A stretch of DNA of 64,000 nucleotides from the NCBI RefSeq assembly GCF_009914755.1, contig NC_060932.1; one strand, 5' to 3'. Numbering within the stretch: the first letter of the stretch is position 1; every line of letters starts with the position of its first letter. The notes beneath the pieces are model-generated. The model saw nothing but the letters and a program-made list of their open reading frames with translations. It had not been told where the DNA came from and did not search any database. Positions 57,191 to 64,000 of the stretch are shown here, in pieces. Source of the stretch: the human T2T-CHM13v2.0 reference genome, Homo sapiens. A program made the position numbers and the translations under genes.

Positions 57191-59630
57191 GCTGAGTCCA
57201 GGGGGCTGAGCAGTGAGGGTCTGCGGCCTCACTTCCCCGGCACCCCACGGGATAAGATCCACCGGCCTGGAACTCCAGCCACCCACAGCAGGTGCTCTCA
57301 GGCCTGTTCTCGGGCAGCAGCTCCAAGCCTTGGCTGAGATGGAGCTCCTGGAGGGAGGTGGGCCACCATCTTTGTGGTCTCACAGCCTCTGTTATTGCTG
57401 CCTTCAGGCTCTAGAGAGTCCGAGGTGACTAGGTGAGCAGACCCCACTCTATGGAAAAGCAGCCGGACTGCTTTTTTTACGCTGCTGTCAGAACTCATTT
57501 CTCCTTACTGGGTGAGACCTCCCAACTTGGGACTCCAGCCACCCCGTACTGGTGTTCTTGGGCTGGCAGCAGCTCCGCACCTCCCTGGGCCTGAGCCACC
57601 AGAGGGAGAGGTGGGTGCGCATCTTTGCTGTTTCACGATTTCACTGCTGCTGCCTTCAGGGCCTGGGGAGCCCAAGGTGACCAGGGACTGGATCGGACCC
57701 CAGCGCAGTGCAGCCGCCCTGCGGAAAAGGAGCCAGATGGTCTCATTTCTCCTCCCTAGGCAGGACTTCATGAGCTGGGACTCCAGCCACCCACTGCTGG
57801 GGCTATCGAGCTTTAAGCAGCTCTGCACGTCCCTGGGACAGAGCTCCCAGAGGAAGGGGTGACTGCTATTTTTGCTGTCTTGCAGCACTCACCTTTGCTA
57901 CCTCTAGGCTCTGGAGAGTCCACAGGGTCTAGCGGCTGGTCCAGACCCTGCCAGCACAGCCACCCTGCCCTGCCTGATCACTTCAATTAGAAGTGGTTCA
58001 GCGTTTCTCCCAGGAGGAAATCCCAGGGTCAACAGGCAAACAACCCTTCCACCATTGCAGCTGCAGTGCTAGAGAAGGAACAAAGGTCCTAGTCTCTGTG
58101 CTGAAACCTTCAGCACACAGCAGCCACCTTACAGAAAGGAGTACAGTCCCTTTACCCTGAGAATCCCATCCCCGACTTTTCACCAGGCAAGGCCTGGGAT
58201 CAGGACCACAGAACAGCTGCCCCACCCATGGCTGAGCATTCCCACTGCTAGTGGCTCTAAATTTCCCTGGGAAGAGGTTGGTTCCTAGGAGCGACTGACA
58301 GCCCCTCTGCCACTGCCACAGCAGCGATTCTGTGCCAGCTACCCTCTGCCTGGGGAAGAAACGAAGAGCCTGAGGGCTACAGCTGGGCTTACAGCACACC
58401 ACAGTCACTATGTGGAGAGGAGCCCAGTCTCCTCCCAGTGAGCCCTCAACCCTCCTGCTCCCCAACAAGCAGAGCCCTCCAGCTAAAGCCAGCAGTGCAG
58501 CTGCCCCACCCTCTGGCTGAACACTCCCAGTAGCAGTGGCTCCACAATTCTCAGAGGTGGAGCTCCCAGGCACAACCAAAAGCCCCTCTCCCACTTCCTC
58601 AGCAGTGGTACTGCCCCTGCTGCCCTAAGACTGGCAACGGAGCAAAGAACCTAAGTGCCTCTTCCACACCTCCAGCAACTTGGAGTTGCTGTAAGGAGAG
58701 GCCAGTCTGTCTCCCAGAAGTCCCACCCACCATCTCCCCCACTCATCAACAGTTGGGTCCCCCAGCTTGGGCTCACAGCACAGCTCCCCATTCCCAGGCT
58801 GATCATACCAAATGATTGCAGCTTGGCATCTCTCTAGGGTGGAGCCCTAGGAGACAAGTGAAAGACCCCTGACCACAACCACTGCTAGGGTCCTTTCTTC
58901 TACTGTCTCCAACTTAGAGAGGAAATATAAGCCCTGAGATCACCCCAGAGCTGTGGTGTGTAACCCGGGAATGCAAAGCTGAGATCTGTAGCCAGTATTC
59001 AGATGGGAGAAGAGCCCACACTTTCAGAGCATTGAGAGGGGGCATGGCTGTAACTGTGAAGAAATTAATACAGAGGAGTCACATGGCTGAGTAAGAGCCT
59101 ACTTACTGACCATTACACCTAAGCACCACCTACTGGATCACACCCCAAAACTTCAACACCAAAAATACTTTGCTAACATACCCCCCTATGAAACAAAAAA
59201 CAAGAAGTCAGCTACAAATAAAGTCCCTGCACAAAGCCTCGGCTCTCTGGAAACATCCAGAAAAGAAGTCTACTGACTGTACTCAAACTATACTGCAGTT
59301 TAAGGAACATCCACACAAAGAGATGAGAAAGAACCAGCACAAGAACTCCAGCAATTAAAATGGCCAGAGTGTTTTCTGTCTTCCAAACGACAGCATTAGG
59401 GTTCCTAACTGGCCTCAGATGACTGAAAATACAGAAATAGAATTTAGAATATGGATAGGAAAGAAGACAATTGAGATTCAAGAGAACATCAAAACCCAAT
59501 CCAAGGAATCTAAGAATAACAATGAAATGATACAGGAGCTCACAGACAAAATAGGCAGTAAAAAAAAAAAAAAAACAAAAAAAAAACCTAACACCCAATA
59601 GAGCTGAAAAACACACTATAAGAATTTGAA

Positions 59631-59943
<313 letters not shown>

Positions 59944-62922
59944 TCACAAATATTAACAGTAAAATAGACCAAGCCGAGGAAAGAATCTCAGAGCTTAAAG
60001 CTTGGCTTCCTGAAATAGGATAACTAGACAAAATAAATAAAAAAGAATGAAAAGGAATGAACAAAACCTCTGAGAAATATGAGATTATATAAAGAGGTCA
60101 TATCTCTGAATCATTGGTGGCCCTGAAAGGAATGAAAAGAAAGCAGACAACTTGGAAATCATATTTCAGGATATGGTCTATGAAAACTTCCCCACCCTCA
60201 CTAGAGAGGCTAACATACAAATTCAAGAAATGCAGAGAACCTCTGCAAGATACTACCCAAGAAGATCATCCCCAAGACACATAATCATCAGACTTTCCAA
60301 GGTCAAAAATTAAAGAAAAAATGTTAAAGGTGTCTAGAGAGAAAGAGCAGGTCACCTACTAAGGGAATACCATCAGACTAACAGTGAAACTTTCAGCAGA
60401 AACCCTGTAAGCCAGAAGAGATTGGGGCTGGGGCAGGGGGCAGCTATGTTCAACATTCTTAAAGAAAAAAATCTCCAACCAAGAATTCCATATACAGCCA
60501 GCCTAAGCTTCATAAATGAAGGAGAATAAGATCATTTCCAGACAAGCAAATGCTGAGGGAATTCATTACCACCAGACTTGCCTTACAAGAGCTACTGAAA
60601 GGCGCATTAAATATGGAAAGGAAAGACCATTACCAGCCAATACAATACCACACTTAAGTACACAAACCAGTGACACTATAAAGCAACCACACAAACAAGC
60701 CAGCATAAGAACCAGCTTACAACACAATGACAGGATCAAATATACACATATCAATACTAACCTTGAATGTAAATGGGTTAAGCACCTCAATTAAAAGGCA
60801 CAGAGTGGCAAGGTAGATAAAGAAGCAAGAGCCAATAACATGTTGTTTTCAAGAGACACACCTCACATGCAATGACACCCATAAGCTCAAAATAAATGAA
60901 TGGAGAAAAATCTGCCAAGCAAATGGAAATCAGAAAAAAGCAGAGGTTGCAATCCTAATTTCAGACAAAACAGACTTTAAACCAAAAAGACAAATAAGGG
61001 CCTTACATAGTGGTGAAGGGTTGAATTCTACAAGAAGACCTAACTATCCTAAATATATACGCACCCAACACAGGAGCACACAGATTAATAAAGCAAGTGC
61101 TTAGTGACCTATGAAGAGACTTAGACTCCCACACAATAATAGTGGGAGACTTCAACAACCCACTGACAGTATTAGACAGATCATCAAGACAGAAAATTAA
61201 AGTATTCAGGACCTGAACTCAACACTTGACCAAATGGACCTAATAATGTCTGCAGAGCTCTTCAACCAACAACAGCAGAATACACATTTTTCACATTACC
61301 ACATGGCACATACTCTAAAATTGACCATACAATCTGACACAAAATAATTCTCAGCAAATGCAAAAACTGAAATCATACCAACCACACTATCAGACACAAC
61401 ACAATAATAATAAAATACAAGACTAAGAAAATTGCTCAAAACCATACAATTACATGGAAATTAAACAAGATGCCCCTGAAATGACATGTAGATTAACAAT
61501 GAAATTAAGGCAGAAATCAAGTTACTTGAAACTAATGAGAACAAAGATACCATATACCAGAATCTCAGGGACACAGCTAAGGCAGTGTTAAGTGGAAAAT
61601 TTATAGCACTAAATGCCCACATAAAAAAGTTAGAAAGATCTCAAATTAGCAATGTGACATCACAACTAGAAGAACTAGAGAAGCAAGATCAAACCAGCCC
61701 AAAAGCTAGCAGAAGAAACAACCTAAAATCAGAACTGAACTGAAGATTGAGATACAAAAAACCATTCAAAAGATTAATGAATCCAGGAGTGGTTTTTTGA
61801 AAATAAATAAATAAATAAGAGAGAGAGACTTCTAGCTAGAATAATAAAGAAGGAGAGAGAGAAGATCCAAATAAACACAACTGGAAATGACAAAAGGGAA
61901 ATTACCACTGACCTGGCAGAAATACAAATAACTATCAGAGACTACTATGAACACTTTTATGTCCACAAACTAGAAAATCTAGAAGAAATGGATACATTCC
62001 CGGACACATACACCCTCCCAAGACTGAACCAGGAAGAAATTGAATCCCTGAACGGACCGAAAACAAGTTCCTAAATTGAATCAGTAAAAAAATAGCCTAC
62101 CAGCCAAAAAAAGCCCAGGTACAGGTAGACTCACAGCCAAATTCTATTGGATGTACAAAGAAGAGCTGATACCATTCCTACTGAAACTATTCCAAAGAAT
62201 TGAGGAGGAGTGACACCTCACCAACTCATTCTATGGGGCCAGCATCATCCTGATACCAAAACCTGGCAGAGACGCAATAAAAAAGGAAAATGTCAGGCCA
62301 ATATCCTTGATGAACATAAATACAAAAGTCCTCGATAAAATACTAGCAAATGAAATTCAGCAGCACATCAAAAAGCTAATTCACCACGATCAAGTAGGCT
62401 TAATTCCTGGGATGCAAGGTTAGTTCAACAAATGCAAATCAATAAATGTGATTCATCACATAAACAAAACTAAAGACAAATACCACATAATTACCCGAAT
62501 AGATGCCAAAAACTCTTTTGATAAAATTCAACATCCTTTCATGTTAAAAAGTCTCAATAAACTAGGTATTGAAGGAACATACCTCAAAATAATAAGAGCC
62601 ATCTATGATAAACCCACAGCCAACATCATACTGAATTGGCAAAAGCTGGAAGCATTCCCTTTGAAAGCCGGTCCAAGACAAGGATGCCCTCTCTCACCAC
62701 TCCTATTCAACGTAGTATTAGAAGTTCTGGCCAGAACTTCTAATCAGGCAATCAGGCAAGAGAAAGAAATAAAAGGCATTCGAATAGGAAGAGAGGAAGT
62801 CAAACTATTCCTGTTTGCAGATCACAGAATTCTATATCTAGAATACTCCACAGTCTCTGCACAAAGGCACCTTCAGCTGATAAACAACTTCAGCAAAGTT
62901 TCAGGATACAAAAATCAATGTA

Positions 62923-63131
62923 GATCTGGTTGTTTAGAAGCGTGTAGCACTTCCCTGTTTTCTTTTTCTCTCCTGCTGGCCATGTAAATATGTGCCTGTA
63001 AGTTTATGAGGCCTTCCCAGAAGCAGAAACCTGTACAGCCTGCAGAACCATGAGCTGATTAAATCTCTTTTCTTTGTAAATCACCCAGTCTCAAGTATGT
63101 CTTTATAGCAGTGCGAGAACTCACTAATACA
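62923..63131 (+). mobile_element. MSTA-like LTR, 3' half only
   Basis: GATCTGGTTGTTTAGAAGCGTGTAGCAC...CAGCCTGCAGAACCATGAGC...TCTTTATAGCAGTGCGAGAACTCACTAATACA. Confidence 0.85.
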
Positions 63132-64000
63132 GCAAGCAGACAGAACTGGTTCTGGGGACAAAAAAACCTGCTGTGACTCAAATCTGCCAGTTACTATTTG
63201 TAACTTGGTTTCTTCACCTGTAAAATTGAGACAATATTCATATATATCCCAGGTTTCTTTTGAGAATTTCTTCATTGTATATTCTCATACAACTTAATAC
63301 TGCAAGTGTTTATTTATTCATTCATTTATTCAGCCAGACAGTATTCGGCACCTCCTACTAGCCAGATGCAGTACTGCCAGCTGTGGAGGACACAGTGCTG
63401 AAACACAGGCAGATGCCCCAGCTAAAGACACTTTCAGCCTAATAGTGACAGAAAGCATGAGCTCTGGAATCAGAAAGGCACAAGTCCAAATCCTGTTCTA
63501 CCATTTCTGGCATTTGAACTTGGGCAAGTTCCCTACCCTCCCAGCCTTGTTTTTTTATTTTCCATCTATAAAATGCCAATCACCCTTAGCCATATAAATG
63601 GTATTCTATGGTTTTTAAGTGGGATAATAAATATGAAGCCTAATCAAGAATATATAGTTTTGTAGAGAATATATGTAAACAACTCTAAAGTCTATTCAGG
63701 AAGCATGAATATGTAAGAAAATGTCTACTATGACCTTATGGTGATAAATTTAAAAATCAGTGTATGTACAGCTAACCAAGTTAAGATTCATGGTAATTAT
63801 AAATGTACTTGAAACTCATAATTAAACAAACCCAGGAGAAATTAAGCATCATGAAACTCACCCTGAGTGATTAAGCTACAAACCCATCCAAAGTGCAATT
63901 TGGTGTTTCTATAATAATTTGACTCCATGGAACAGATTTTTAATTTGTTAAAGCACAGAGTAATTTGCATATGTCCTGCTAAAAAGCAGACCTCTAAAAC

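Noticed and set aside
57998-58594. 198-aa antisense ORF in the L1 5' UTR (ORF0-like?)
   Set aside because: No similarity to ORF0, non-ATG start, and GC-rich stop-poor sequence explains the length.
62448-62987. Active reverse transcriptase
   Set aside because: The catalytic FADD motif reads FADH, upstream ORF2 has many stops, and the element is 3'-truncated.

Overview
Repeat-dense primate (human-like) genomic DNA with no intact protein-coding gene, RNA gene or CpG-island promoter that I can support. Main landmarks: (1) a near full-length processed MAPK6/ERK3 pseudogene (34754-40046, +) with UTRs, poly(A) remnant and 16-bp TSD, split by a MER11-type (HML-8) solo LTR with a 6-bp TSD; (2) an RPL21 processed pseudogene with a long 3' UTR, abutting an AluJ tail and interrupted by an AluS; (3) a minus-strand HERV-E/Harlequin provirus (LTR2-type 5' LTR, tRNA-Glu PBS, scrambled gag/pol order, env cut off in TM, no 3' LTR) sitting inside a half Tigger1; (4) a 6.3-kb old L1PA/L1P4-type element cut off in RT and fused to half an MST LTR; and (5) about 16 Alus plus MaLR/ERV LTRs, L1M, L2, MIR and DNA-transposon fossils. 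I see no evidence for a novel multi-gene system. The most interesting signals are a possible LTR-driven spliced minus-strand transcript, several rearrangement scars (a template-switch micro-inversion, a twin-priming-like inversion, two deletion junctions), nested insertions, unexplained short duplications and a perfect RFX palindrome. Repeat family names come from recalled consensus sequences, not a database search, and repeat boundaries are approximate unless a TSD is given.
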